A stretch of DNA of 64,000 bases from Piromyces finnis finn (GCA_002104945.1 MCFH01000062.1:245321-309320), one strand, 5' to 3'; shown: positions 13,049 to 26,139, counted from the first letter of the stretch. Program-made: numbers and translations. Notes: generated by a model from the sequence alone, not told the origin.

Positions 13049-14413
13049 ATGGATAATAATTATAATAATCAAGATAATAATGAAATTCCTTACTTACATT
13101 ATGCTTATAAAAATAATTATATAAATATCTTAAAACGTCTAATTACAAAAAATAATGAGTCGATAAATGCAAGAGACAATAAAGGTAATACTTTATTACA
13201 TATTGCATGTCAAAAAGGAGACAAAGACATAGTAAAATGTTTGGTTGATAATGGTGCAAATATATTTATTCAAAATAATAATGGAGATATACCAATAACT
13301 TTAGCAAAGAAGAATGATGATAAAGATATTATTAGCCTTTTAAATACAGAAAATGAAAATATACTCTTTTTACGTGAAGCTATCAAGAAAATAGGTATAA
13401 AAGAAAATATTAAATCCATCCAAGTTATATCAATTATTCATCCATTTAAAAATACTTCAAATACTAATGAAAGAAAAATAAATATAAATACCCAAAACAG
13501 TAAAGGATTAACTTTATTACACTATGCTTGTGAGCAAGGAAATGAAAACATAGTTAAATATTTAATTAAAAAAGGAGCTGATACAAATATTAAAAGTAGT
13601 AATGGAGGTATATCATTACACTATGCATGTAAATCAAAAAATGATAATGTTAATCTTGTTAAATATTTAATTGAAGCTATAGGATTAGATATCAATATTA
13701 AAGATAGGCATGAAAAAATACCATTTCATTATGCATGCTATAAAGGAAATGAAAATATAGTTAAATATTTAATTAAAAATGGAGTAGACCCAAGGATTAA
13801 GAATGATTATGGAAGAATGTCATTACATTTTGTATGTGGAGCAGAAAAAGAAAATATTAATCTTGTTAAATATTTAATTGAGGATATAGGATTAGACATC
13901 AACATTCAAAATAAAGATGGTTGTACACCACTGCATTATGCCTGTGAGCAAGGAAATGAAAATATTGTGAAGTATTTAATTGAAAAAGGAGCTGATACAA
14001 GTATTAAGAATAATAATGGAAGGATATCATTACATTGTACATGTAAAGCAAAAAGAGAAAGTGTTAATATTGTTAAATATTTGATTGAAAAGAGAGGACT
14101 AAACATCAATATTAAAGATAATTATAGATTTACACCTATACATTACGCATGTTATAAAGGAAATGAAAATATAGTTAAATATTTAATTAAAAATGGAGTA
14201 GATCCAAAGATTAAGAATGAAGATGGAAGAATATCATTACATTTTGCATGTGGAGCAGAAAAAGAAAATGTTAATCTTGTTAAATATTTAATTGAGGATA
14301 TAGGATTAGACATCAACACTCAAAATAAGGATGGTTGTACACCATTACATTATGCCTGTGAGCAGGGAAATGAAAATATTGTGAAATATTTGATTGAAAA
14401 TAAAATAAAATAG
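13049..14413 (+). CDS. Ankyrin repeat protein (about 12 repeats), C-terminus cut by a frameshift
   Basis: TPLHYAC..GNENIVKYLI..G.D repeats, intronless. One more ankyrin repeat (KIDVNIQDNYRRSLLHYTYIKGNDTLIKYLIKN) continues in another frame to the TAA at 14539-14541. Confidence 0.9.
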   Translation: MDNNYNNQDNNEIPYLHYAYKNNYINILKRLITKNNESINARDNKGNTLLHIACQKGDKDIVKCLVDNGANIFIQNNNGDIPITLAKKNDDKDIISLLNTENENILFLREAIKKIGIKENIKSIQVISIIHPFKNTSNTNERKININTQNSKGLTLLHYACEQGNENIVKYLIKKGADTNIKSSNGGISLHYACKSKNDNVNLVKYLIEAIGLDINIKDRHEKIPFHYACYKGNENIVKYLIKNGVDPRIKNDYGRMSLHFVCGAEKENINLVKYLIEDIGLDINIQNKDGCTPLHYACEQGNENIVKYLIEKGADTSIKNNNGRISLHCTCKAKRESVNIVKYLIEKRGLNINIKDNYRFTPIHYACYKGNENIVKYLIKNGVDPKIKNEDGRISLHFACGAEKENVNLVKYLIEDIGLDINTQNKDGCTPLHYACEQGNENIVKYLIENKIK

Positions 14414-15513
14414 ATGTAAATATTCAAGATAATTATAGAAGGTCACTATTACATTATACATATATTAAAGGAAATGATACCTTAATTAAATACTTGATTA
14501 AAAATAAAAAAATAAATATTAATTTTCAATTATCTAATTAAAAAATATGTACTATTCTAATATTTAGGAACATATAAATAAATTATTAAGTTGAAAAAAT
14601 ATTGCATTATTTTCAAATTACACTATTGATAGAAAATTATTAAAGCATATTCTTTAATATTTATCTAAATTTATAGAAAGTAATATTTTATTAAATATTG
14701 GTCTACTTTTTTAAAAAAAAAAAAAAAAAAAAAAAGAAAAATACTTTAAACATATTAATTAGTATACTATTTACAAATCTACATCTACATATTTACATAT
14801 ATAATAAAATATAATTTTAAATACAAGTTATTGTAAAATATTAAGAGTATTAGATAAAGAAGGTTTATGGGTTTAGAATAATTAATTTGACATTTTGTAA
14901 TATAACTAATTATTTTTTTATTATTCATTTTTTTTATTGTAAAAAAAGTTTTAGAAAATGGACTTCAATTAATCCATTTTACATTAAATCTACTTAATAT
15001 TTTTAGTTTTTTTCATCTAATTTTATTAAAAAAAAAAAAAGAACACATATGAATATTAGTTTCATTATAAAAAGAGGAAAAAAGTAAATGAATATATAAA
15101 TAAATTTTTATTTAAAAAATATATTCTAACTCGTGTCTATAATAATAATATAAATCTAAAATAATAAATAAATAATAATATGGACAATACCTTTATTTTT
15201 TCTTTTCTTAAATAATCATTGACATTTGATTTTTTTTATTTCAATGATCAATTTATTTTATATATTATTAATTTATGTTATTTATTTATATTGTAAAAAA
15301 AAAAAGTATAAATACGTAGTTATTTCACTTTTTTTTATTTAATTCTCTTTAACTACAAAAATTAAAGTTTTATATTATAAATATATATAGGAATACTGGT
15401 TACTATCGAATACTAATTGAACAGAAAAGAAAATACTTTAATTCTTCAGAAATAAATCATTTATTATTATTATTATTACTATTATTATTATTGCTTTTTT
15501 ATAATAAAAATAT

Positions 15514-16077
15514 ATGGATAATAATTACGATAATCAAGATTATAGTGACTACGTTTAAGGTTTTTTCGAATGATGTGTTACACAGCTAAGAGTATGATAA
15601 CATTTTAAAGGTTACTATAAATATACACCATTACATTGTTCATGTGTAATAGGGAATGAAAATATTGCTAAATATTTAATTAAAAAAGGAGCAGACATAA
15701 GTACTAAAAGTTATGATGGAAGCATATCATTACATTGTGCATGTGGTGCAAAAAAAGAAAATGTTAATCTTGTTAAATATTTAATTGCGGATATAGGATT
15801 AAATATCCGTGTTAAGGACAACTATGGAAAAACATCTTTACATTATGTATGTATTTAAGAAAATGAAAACATAGTTAACTATTTGATTGAAAATAAAAAA
15901 ATAGATATCAATATTCAAGATAAGTATGGAAAAGCACCATTACACTATGCATGTTACAAAGAAAATAGAAATATAATTAAATATTTAATTGAAAAAGGTG
16001 CTAATAAAAATTTAATAGATGATAATAGATTTACACCATTATTTTATATTCAAAAGAAAATAAAAGAGTGTATTTAA
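15514..16077 (+). pseudogene. Decayed, internally deleted paralog of the 13049 ankyrin gene
   Basis: Same ATG GAT AAT AAT start context and shared upstream blocks (ataaatacgtagttatttcac; gaaaagaaaatactttaattcttcagaaataaatcattt). Early TAA after 14 codons; ankyrin repeats YTPLHCSCVIGNENIAKYLIKKGAD...; in-frame TAA at 15856-15858. Confidence 0.85.
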
Positions 16078-18282
16078 TATTTAATTAGAAAATTAATAAT
16101 TATAAAACAAAAAAGTCAGATAATGAGATGCATTAATAATAGAATATTGTAATACTTTTTTTAAATTTAATGTATAGTGATTTAAAAAAATATATATATA
16201 ATTATAGACATAAATAGTTATTTCAATAAATATACAAATAAGAAAATTAAATACACTCTGACCCTTTTATTCTATTAAATAAATTATTGTAATTACCATT
16301 TTTATTTATGGTGTACATTGTATTGTTCTAGTTTATTAAATTTATTAAAATTTTAAACATAAATTTTTCTTTTCTATTAAAAAAAAAAAAATTGTATTCT
16401 TCATTTAAAGGATATTTTTATATAAAAAAATGAATATTATGTTAAATATATAAAAAAAATATATATATTATTTGGAATATTAAAAAATTCTTTTTTTTCT
16501 GAAAAAGATGAAATTAAAATTTTATAAATATAAATAATTTAAAATTTATACCAATATTCCATTAACAAAAATACAGAAATTTAAGTATTTTCATCTTTTA
16601 AAAAAGAAAAAAAAATATATAAATACATTATATCATGGAGGTATCAAAGAAAAAAGAAAACATTGTTAAATATTTAATATAATAAAACGATTTATTAATA
16701 ATATACTAATATCTAAGTATTAAACATAAAAAGAAATTATTGATTTTTATAAATATATAATTTAAAGATAGTAATAATAAAGATTGATGTACATATTGTC
16801 TTTGTACAAATAATCAAAAAATATAGATGTTATTTTAAATATAAATAAAAAATAAAAATAACAATTCAACTAATGGTAACACCACTTAATTATAGTATAA
16901 TTATAAATTTAATGAAATCATTTCTTTTTTAAAAAAATAATAAAGAATTAAAATATAAATTAATATTTTTATATTATATTTAAATGAATTTATTAATTTT
17001 ATATTATGCTTAAGATTAAAAAAATAAAAAAAAACATGTTTTATTACCATTAATTTATTATGTATTTAATATGATATATATTATAATTATAATACTTTTT
17101 TTTATGAATGTTAGAATACATGGTTTAAATATAAAATTCAAACACATACACCATCTTTAAGAATTATATTAATTAAAATTTAATAACTCGGTGACACACA
17201 TAATATAATATAAATTATTTATTTTGTTATTTAAATGCCATATAGTTAATCATTCTTTTGTTATTTATAATAAAAACATATAGATATTAATTACAAATAC
17301 TCATTGACATTAATGATAAAAAAAAGGAAATGAATCATTTTTGAATTTTCAATTTAAAGAAATTATTATAAATTATACAGAAAATTAATTAAAAATATTA
17401 ACCTGATTTTAACCAATAAAATAACATTGAATTGGCATGAGGAATTTAACTATTTATAAAAAAGTAGCCAATAAAATGGCATTTAAATAGCACGCAGCAT
17501 TTATTTATTTATTTATTTTTTATTCATTATAATTAATGTTTTTTAATATTTTATTATTATAAATAATAATACTAATACTAACACTAATACTACTAATACC
17601 ATTACTAATAATAGTAATGATTAGAATAATAATAATTTATCTTTTAATAACAATTTTTAATTATTCTATTGTATTTTATATTCTATTATCTTATATTTAA
17701 AATATTCATTTATATTCCTATAGATAATGTATTTCTGATATTTTAAGGTTAATTCTTATTATGAAAATTATAATTATTATACCTTTATAATAATGCTGTC
17801 AAAAACATGAATAGTTTCACAAAAAGTCATTAATTGATATTCACCAATAATAACATATATTCTGAACATCTGAATGAATAAATAAATATTGGCATTTAAC
17901 AAGTATAATTCCATAAATTAAAAAATCATAAACGTACATGCATTCCTCATTTTATATAAATTTTATTAATACTATTAACCAATTATAATATACTATTTTA
18001 ACATTGATTCTTCATTAAATATAATATACACAATAAATGAAATAAATTCTTTATATAAAAAATAAAATTATATAAATACTGAAAATAAGTATCAATTGTA
18101 ATTCATACCTTCATTCAATAAAATATTAATTCATAGATAATTCTATAATATTTTCTATTATTATATTATTAGCTTTATCATTCATAAAATTAAAACAAAA
18201 AAAAATAATTTTTATTAATATCAAAAAAAAAAAAAAAAAAACTAGATTAATATTTTTTTTAATTTAAAAAAAAAAAATCAAT

Positions 18283-19938
18283 ATGGAACCTTTCTCACTT
18301 ACCGCTGTTTTTGTAGTTGGTCTTGCTTTTGCATTTTTAGATGCATTTGGAATTGGCGCAAATGATGTATCAAATTCCTTTTCCACTTCAGTTGCATCAA
18401 AATCTTTAACATTAAAACAAGCATGTATTATTGCAATTTTCACTGAATTCTTCGGTGCCGTTTTACTTGGTTCTCACACAGCTAAAACAATTCGTGATGG
18501 TATTATTAATTTATCAGAATTCAAAGGAGAACAAGATATTCTTATGGTTGGTATGATGTGTGCTTTAATTGGATCTTCTACTTGGGTTTTAACAGCTACA
18601 AAATTTGGTCTTCCTGTCAGTACTACTCATTCAATTATTGGTGCCACTATTGGTATTGGTATTGCTACTCATGGATTTGGTGTTGTTAATTGGGGATGGG
18701 CTGGTAAAGGTGTTCTCCAAATTATTACTTCATGGTTCTTGAGTCCAGTAGCTGCTGGAATTGTTGGTGCAATCATTTATAATTCTGTTAAATATTTGGT
18801 TTTGAAACGTCGAAATCCATTTAAATCAGGTTTAAGAAATATTCCATTTTATTTCTTTATTACCATAGCTATCATTGTCTTTTTCATTATCTATAAAGGT
18901 GCCCCAGGTTTAAATCTTAGTAAATTAGGATTCCCAACTATTGTTGGAATTACTATTGGATTTTCACTTTTAGCTGCTCTTTTCTCTGTTATTTTTTATG
19001 TTCCATGGATTAAAAGAATTATTAAGGGAAATGAAGATTTAAGATTTTACCATATTCCATTTATTCATTTCATAGGTGAACGCAAGAAAACAACGATGTC
19101 ATCTATTGAAGAAGGATTAAATAACACCAAGGATACATACTATGAAAAAAATATAACTAATGAAATGAATCAATCCGTAGGTGATATTAGTGATTATTAT
19201 TTAAATTCAAATAAAACTATCAATAATAATAGCAACTTTAATAATAAAGATGCTGAATTATATAATAACAAACTTAAAAATGAAGAAACCACTGCTTCTA
19301 AGAAAATGAAAATTAGTAAAATTCTTAGTAATGGTATTAATAAAGAAATTGCCGATTATAAGAGTGATGAATTAAAAGGAATGCATGATGCAGCTATACG
19401 ATATGATGATGATACAGAAAAATTATACTCTTTCCTTCAAATATTTACAGCATCTTTTGCTTCCTTTGCTCACGGTTCTAACGATGTTGCCAATGCTGTT
19501 GGACCTTTAACTACCATCTATTATATATGGCACACTGGTTCAGATCCAAGTTCAAGTCTTTCTATTCCTATTTGGATTCTTATTATGTGCGCATTAGCAA
19601 TTAATATTGGTTTAGTTACTTATGGTTATAATGTTATGAGATCACTTGGTAACAAAATTACATTATTAACACCAACTCGTGGATTTTGTGTTGAATTAAG
19701 TGCATGTTTAACTGTTTTATCATGTTCACGTTTATCCCTTCCAGTTTCTACTACTCATTGTATTACAGGTTCTACAACCGCCATTGGATTATGCAATGGT
19801 AATACTAAAAGTGTGAATTGGAAACTTTTAGGCTTTTGCTTTTTCTCATGGTTGCTTACTCTTCCCGTAGCAGGTTTAATTGCTGGTATTATGTTTAAAA
19901 TTATTTATCCAATAGTATATTACTATGGTATTTTATAA
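18283..19938 (+). CDS. PHO89: PiT (PHO4 domain) family Na+/phosphate symporter, Pho89-like
   Basis: N-terminal GIGANDVSNSFSTSV and C-terminal HGSNDVANAVGP PiT signatures, LPVSTTH twice, and a central hydrophilic loop. 551 aa, intronless. Confidence 0.95.
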   Translation: MEPFSLTAVFVVGLAFAFLDAFGIGANDVSNSFSTSVASKSLTLKQACIIAIFTEFFGAVLLGSHTAKTIRDGIINLSEFKGEQDILMVGMMCALIGSSTWVLTATKFGLPVSTTHSIIGATIGIGIATHGFGVVNWGWAGKGVLQIITSWFLSPVAAGIVGAIIYNSVKYLVLKRRNPFKSGLRNIPFYFFITIAIIVFFIIYKGAPGLNLSKLGFPTIVGITIGFSLLAALFSVIFYVPWIKRIIKGNEDLRFYHIPFIHFIGERKKTTMSSIEEGLNNTKDTYYEKNITNEMNQSVGDISDYYLNSNKTINNNSNFNNKDAELYNNKLKNEETTASKKMKISKILSNGINKEIADYKSDELKGMHDAAIRYDDDTEKLYSFLQIFTASFASFAHGSNDVANAVGPLTTIYYIWHTGSDPSSSLSIPIWILIMCALAINIGLVTYGYNVMRSLGNKITLLTPTRGFCVELSACLTVLSCSRLSLPVSTTHCITGSTTAIGLCNGNTKSVNWKLLGFCFFSWLLTLPVAGLIAGIMFKIIYPIVYYYGIL

Positions 19939-19982
19939 AATCATTAAATAAACTATAATCAAAAAAAAAAAAAAAAAAAAAA

Positions 19983-20125
<143 letters not shown>

Positions 20126-20550
20126 CGTATCGACTATCAATATAAAGCTTTTTACTATTACTTTCTTCAAATTTACTTCACACATAAAAATAAATATACC
20201 TAAAAAAAAGATATAAATATATTCTATCTTTAATAATTTAACATTACAATGTTATACATTAGTATTTATTAATTATAGAAAATAATTAATAAATACTAAT
20301 ATATATAATAATTAATAAAAAATTTTTTGTTAAAAACAAAAATAATCTACATTTCCAATTTCTAATATATAAAAATAATAAATATTTTTAAGTTGTAAAT
20401 AAAAAATTATATAAATTCCTATTTTATATTTTATGGTATCTAATAACTGAAATATTTAATAATATTGAAAAATAGTAATATTATAAATCATTATACCATA
20501 ATAAAATTGCTACAAAAAAAAAAAAAAATCCATTATAAAAAAATTTTTTT

Positions 20551-21643
20551 ATTTAAAATTAATTATTATCACTGTTTTTTTTTTTTCAATTTTTTATAAT
20601 TATTATTAAATGTATTTACAGTTAATAAAAAAAAGAAAAAGTAAAATTTAATCATAGTTAAAACATGATTTACATGCTTTATGACTTTATAAAAATAAAA
20701 ATAAAAAACATTAAATTATTATTTAAAAATTAAATAAAAATTGGTCTATTACTTGTAAGTATATAATTAAGAAATATAAAATAATAATAAATAAATAACT
20801 CTATTAATTTATTATCAAGTAAAAGTAGTATTATTTAATAAAACGAAGAAAAAACTATTGTAAAATTGTTGTAAAATTGTAAAGTTAGTATTTAATTGTT
20901 ACTTAAAATATTCATAAATAAATCAAACTTTTCCATTTAATAAAAAAAAAAGAAATAAAATAAAAGAATAAATAAATGTTGATTTTTAAAGACCTAAAAA
21001 AAATATTGCTTTTTATTTTTATTTTTGTTTTTGTTTTTGTTTTTGTTTTTGTTTTTGTTTTTGTTTTTGTTTTTGTTTTTGTTTTTATTTTTGTTTTTGT
21101 TTTTGTTTTTGTTTTTGTTTTTGTTTTTGTTTTTGTTTTTGTTTTTGTTTTTGTTTTGTTTTTGTTTTTGTTTTTGTTTTTGTTTTTGTTTTTGTTTTTG
21201 TTTTTGTTTTTGTTTTTGTTTTTGTTTTTGTTTTTGTTTTTGTTTTTGTTTTTGTTTTTGTTTTTGTTTTTGTTTTTGTTTTTGTTTTTACTTATATATT
21301 CTTGAAATTAAAAAAAGTTTACTAATCATGCACTTTTTATTTCCATTTTTGTGTTATTAAAATTATATATTTTAAATAAAATTGAAAATAATTAAATTTT
21401 ATTCTATACGTCTTATTCTATATATAATCTATATAGAATACAAAAATACTTAATTTTTAAATAATAACTTTTTGTTTATAATTTTTTTTTTTATTTTTTT
21501 TTTTACTTTCTTTTTTAATATTATAAATATACTTTAGTTATGATTACATTTTACTTTTTCTTTTTTTATTTACCATTGTAAATACATTTAATAATTATAA
21601 AAAAATTGAAAAAAAAAACAGTAATAGTAATTAATTTTAAATA
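20551..21643. repeat. Imperfect inverted repeat (arms about 20551-20660 and 21538-21643) enclosing a microsatellite
   Basis: atcactgttttttttttcaattttttataattattattaaatgtatttac...gaaaaagtaaaatttaatcat is matched by the reverse complement of 21538-21643. Confidence 0.75.
21010..21290. repeat. (TTTTTG)n hexanucleotide microsatellite, about 46 units
   Basis: Directly visible, with a few TTTTTA units and one 5-mer variant. Confidence 0.97.
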
Positions 21644-21713
21644 AAATAATTATTGTAAAAATTAAAACTAACAAACGTGATAACATTTATTATTACAATT
21701 ATTACATTGGATT

Positions 21714-22068
21714 TTATAATAAATAAAGATGACAAAAATCGAAATAGTTGATGAATTCATCATTTGTTAATGCATGTTGATTTTTACCTAGTATAATATG
21801 TTGTACAATTGTATATATCATATTTTCTGATTTTGATGCAGGAATTATTGTTTTAATTCTTGATTTTAAATATAATTCATTTTCTTTTAGCAATGAGGAT
21901 AAAACACAACTATCCATAATAACCTCTTTCAAGTGTTCTATTTTCAAAATATCAATTGGAATTGTTTGTAACTTATTATTTTGTAAATTCAATTTTTGCA
22001 ATTCCAAAATGCTAGATATAAATAAAGGTAATTCTGTCAATTGATTATCACTTACATCTATTTCTTTA
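21714..22068 (-). pseudogene. 5'-truncated fragment (C-terminal domain only) of the intronless LRR family
   Basis: 6 differences in 108 aa versus the C-terminus of ORF 46187-46732. Homology stops near 22068 with no upstream LRR array. Confidence 0.85.
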
Positions 22069-23925
22069 TTTTTAATATAATAAAGAAAAAGTATGCGAAT
22101 TTTTAATTTTTTATTATTTATATGATAATTAATTGAATATTTAATTATTGGATAAAAAAAAAAAAAAAAAAAAAGAAAAAGTAGAAAAAGTTAATTCATT
22201 TTAATTTATATATATTTATTAATATACTAATTGTTAATAATAAATTATCTTTGGTATAAATGATCAAATTGGCCAGAAATAAATATTTATAGTACAAAGA
22301 TCTTGTATAGTTTTTTTTATTATTATCATTATTTTAAATTTTTAATTTTATTTAATAAAGATCTATTTAAAATATATTGATAGAAAGGATATATTGATTT
22401 ATTATCAAGTATAAATAAAAATAAAATATTATTTAATTGAAAAAAAAGGATTGTAAAAGTATTCTGAATTAATTTTATAATAGAGTAAAAGAATAAAATA
22501 ATACTTTAAAACGAAAAAGCATTGCTTACAAAATGTTAAACTAATTATAATAATGAAAGGTTATTGAAGAATTAATCATAATTAATTATTATGAAATAAA
22601 TTTATTGTTTAGAAAGCATATTTTAATAAGGTTTTTTAACTACATTAATACATTAAAGATTAAGGCTTGTCTCTAAAACTACGATATTTAATACAAATAC
22701 AATAGATTTGTGTTAGGATTATGTACTATTTTTAAAATATAAAGGTAATTATTTTGATTATTAAAGATATTAATTATATTTAACTAAATAAAATTCATTA
22801 TTTATTTTATTTCATTCATTAATAATACTCTTATTTTTATAGTTATATATATCTATTCATTTCTTCTTTATCGATGGACTGGACATAATCCTTCTAATTA
22901 AAAAAATAAAAGTGGATGCTTAAAAAGAAAAAAAAGAATTCTTTTCTGCATAATTAAAAAGAAATTAAGGAGTAAAAGAACCGAAAGTTTAAATTTATAG
23001 ATTTTTAAAAAATAGATTAAATTTTAATTTCTATTTTTAATTTTTAAATTAAATAATAAATTAAAAAATATTAAATAAACTTTTATCCATGTGGAATTTA
23101 ATTTAAAGAAATTATAAATACAGTTTCATCCAATAATAGTAAGAATAAAATTTTATTAACAACCAAAAAAATTTAATTAATTTGACATTAATTATTCATT
23201 ACATTACATTATTTTATAAATATTCATTTATGTATTTGTATTACATTTTAAGTAATGGAAAAAAAGCCATAAAGAATTTGTTTTGATCATGTTAAAATTT
23301 TCATTCTAAACTTTGTTTAGTTTTCTATTATTTATATAGAAAGCATGGTATATAATATTTCAATAGTAATAATACTCTATAAGAATTAATAAAAGTTTAT
23401 TTAAATTATTAAAGATTTTTTTTTAATATTTCTATAAAATAGTTGAACTTTTTCCTATTTAAATATTTATGCAAGAAGGATGTTCAATCCTTTTTAAAAC
23501 ATTTTAAAACATTTTTTGTTCCATATTCATTTTCAATAGTTTTTAATATTAGAATATATTTTGATTTTATTAATTATATATGTTTATAATATATTATAAA
23601 TATATTTATTCATAGATTAATATATATTAAATTATTTTTTTAAAGGTAAACACAACATTTATTAGTCACAAACTTAAATTATTAATATTTTTTTCTTTTT
23701 CTTTTTTTGTATGATCCTTTTCATAAAATAATTATTATATTGAAATATATTATTACCATTTATTATAATATATTCATTTAATTTATTTTATTAAAAATTT
23801 TTTTCTTATAAATAAACAATTTTTTGACTTTCTTTTTTTTTTTAAATGCTTAAAGATTTTCTATATTAAATAAAAATAGAAAATAAATAAATATTAAGTA
23901 TTAAATAAAAAAAAAGTAAAATAAA

Positions 23926-25110
23926 ATGAAGATTAATACTATATTTTCTTTTATAACTTTAGCTGTTGCTACTAAAGTTTCTGCAGAATGTTTTGCTGAA
24001 AAATTGGGTAAACCATGTTGTACGGAAACTTTAGATGTTGTACGTGTTGATGAAAATGGCCAATGGGGTATGGAAAATGGACAATTCTGTGGTTTACAAT
24101 CATTTAATAATAATTATGATTTAAATCTTGAAAGACGTTCATTAAACAATTATATGAACAAAGTTAAAATTGAAAAATTATGTCCAGAAGATTTACTTGA
24201 AATTAAAAAAGGTGTCAACTATCCAACAGTTGATAGTTTAACTTATTATTCCACTACAACCGAAACTAACCGTACTTTAACTGTTCTTGTTCCACCAAAT
24301 TATTCTCCAAAGAAAAAGTACCCAGTTCTCTATTTGTTACATGGTATTATGACTGATGGAGCTTGGATGATTCAAGATGGATTTGGTACTATTGCCATTC
24401 CAGGAAATTTAGCTCATCAAAAAAAAGCTAAAGAAATGTTCATTGTTCTTCCAGATCAATATGCTCCATCACCAGGTACCGAAGTTGAACCAGCCTTAAA
24501 TCAAGAATTCTTTAATGGTTATGATAACTTTATTAATGATTTAGTCAATGATATTATGCCATTTATGAAAAAACAATATTCTATTAAAACTGATAGAAAA
24601 AATACTGCTATTTCTGGTTATTCCTTTGGTGGACGTAACAGTCTTTACATTGGTATCACTAGATCTGATTTATTTGGTTATGTTGGTTCTTTTTCACCAG
24701 CTCCAGGTCTCGTTCCAGGGGATGATATTTTCACTGGACATTTCGATGGTTTATACCAAGAAAAGGAATTAAAATTTAAGCATCAACCTTACCTCACCAT
24801 GCTTTCTTGCGGTACAAATGATACTGTTGTTTTCGATTTCCCAAAACAATATCATGAAATTCTTAAAACTAATAAACAAGAACATATCTGGTATGAAATT
24901 ACTGGTCATGATCATATGGATAATGAATCTTTTTCTTCTCCATACCATAATTTCCTTACTTCCATTTTTGATCAAGTTAATGAAAAACCAAAAACCACCA
25001 CCACCACAAAAAAAACTACTGGTGTTAAAACTAAAATAACCAAAGTTGTAAAAGTTGTAGTTACTAAATTTATAAAAGTTCCAGCTCAAAAAACAAAAAA
25101 GAATAATTAA
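23926..25110 (+). CDS. Secreted cellulosomal esterase: signal peptide, one fungal dockerin, CE1-type (XynZ-like) alpha/beta-hydrolase domain, T/K/V-rich tail
   Basis: CFAEKLGKPCC...QWGMENGQFCG dockerin; YPVLYLLHG; nucleophile elbow GYSFGG; candidate Asp in GTNDTVV and His in GHDH. Confidence 0.88.
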   Translation: MKINTIFSFITLAVATKVSAECFAEKLGKPCCTETLDVVRVDENGQWGMENGQFCGLQSFNNNYDLNLERRSLNNYMNKVKIEKLCPEDLLEIKKGVNYPTVDSLTYYSTTTETNRTLTVLVPPNYSPKKKYPVLYLLHGIMTDGAWMIQDGFGTIAIPGNLAHQKKAKEMFIVLPDQYAPSPGTEVEPALNQEFFNGYDNFINDLVNDIMPFMKKQYSIKTDRKNTAISGYSFGGRNSLYIGITRSDLFGYVGSFSPAPGLVPGDDIFTGHFDGLYQEKELKFKHQPYLTMLSCGTNDTVVFDFPKQYHEILKTNKQEHIWYEITGHDHMDNESFSSPYHNFLTSIFDQVNEKPKTTTTTKKTTGVKTKITKVVKVVVTKFIKVPAQKTKKNN

Positions 25111-26139
25111 TAATAAGAAGAAAAAAATAGAATAAAAAAAATATTTATTATTATTATATTGTTTTATATAATATATATATAAAAGAAAGGAATAATGATT
25201 ATATATTATACTATTTAATATATATCCTAAAATATAAAAAAATTCTTATTTATTTATTTAAATATAATTTATAAAAAAAAATAGAATATAAAAAAGAAGT
25301 AAATATAGAAAATAACTAAAAAAAATCAATACAACAAATAATATATAAAAAAAAAACTTTAAAATAGAAATACATTATTTAGTTAGTATAATAAAATAAA
25401 ATAAAATAAAATAAAATAATAAAAAAAACAAATAGAAAGAAATAACATTTTTTAAAAATAAAAAATAAAATTTTAATAGTAACAAAATAAAATAAAATAA
25501 AAATATTATATTCAATGTTTATTATTTTATACTTTTATTTTTAATAATCATTGATGTTTGTCAATTAGCAAACATCAAATTTTTATTTATAAATATTGAT
25601 CTATTTTTTATTTTATATTATATTATGTATGGTTAAAGTAATAGTATTACTCACAATCTAAAAATCATCATTATTCAAAGTATCTTCTACGCTATCGATC
25701 AAAGTATTTCTACTCATAATGATATTCATTCATATTATTGTCGATTGTCGTCTTTCTTTTTTTGAATAAAAACTTTTGTTAAAAACACTTTAACATAAAA
25801 TATAATTTTTTATTGCCTAAAAAAAAAAATTAATTAAAATTTTTAATATTCTTTTTTTTTTTTTTTTTTATATTAAAAATTTTCATGTAAAAATAAATTA
25901 AAATCGTAAATTACATTATAAACGAATATATAGAATTTAATTTATTTTTATATGATTTATTCAACTCAATCAAATTAAATTTTTGTATTTAATATCCCCC
26001 ATGTGTAACATGTCTCTCCATATTTTTATGTAAATTTTACATTTATAATATATTTTTCTTAACATCTCATATATATAAAAAGATCATATAAATATATAAA
26101 TATATATATATTTAATATATATTTAATTTATTCTAATTT

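Noticed and set aside
16620-16900. Scraps resembling ankyrin codons (gaaaacattgttaaatatttaat)
   Set aside because: Too short and degraded to separate from chance.
20976-21360. ORFs of (FV)n, (FL)n and (FC)n
   Set aside because: Translation artefacts of the stop-free (TTTTTG)n microsatellite.
24769-25089. Overlapping 106-aa (-) and 73-aa (+) ORFs
   Set aside because: Alternative frames of the esterase CDS.
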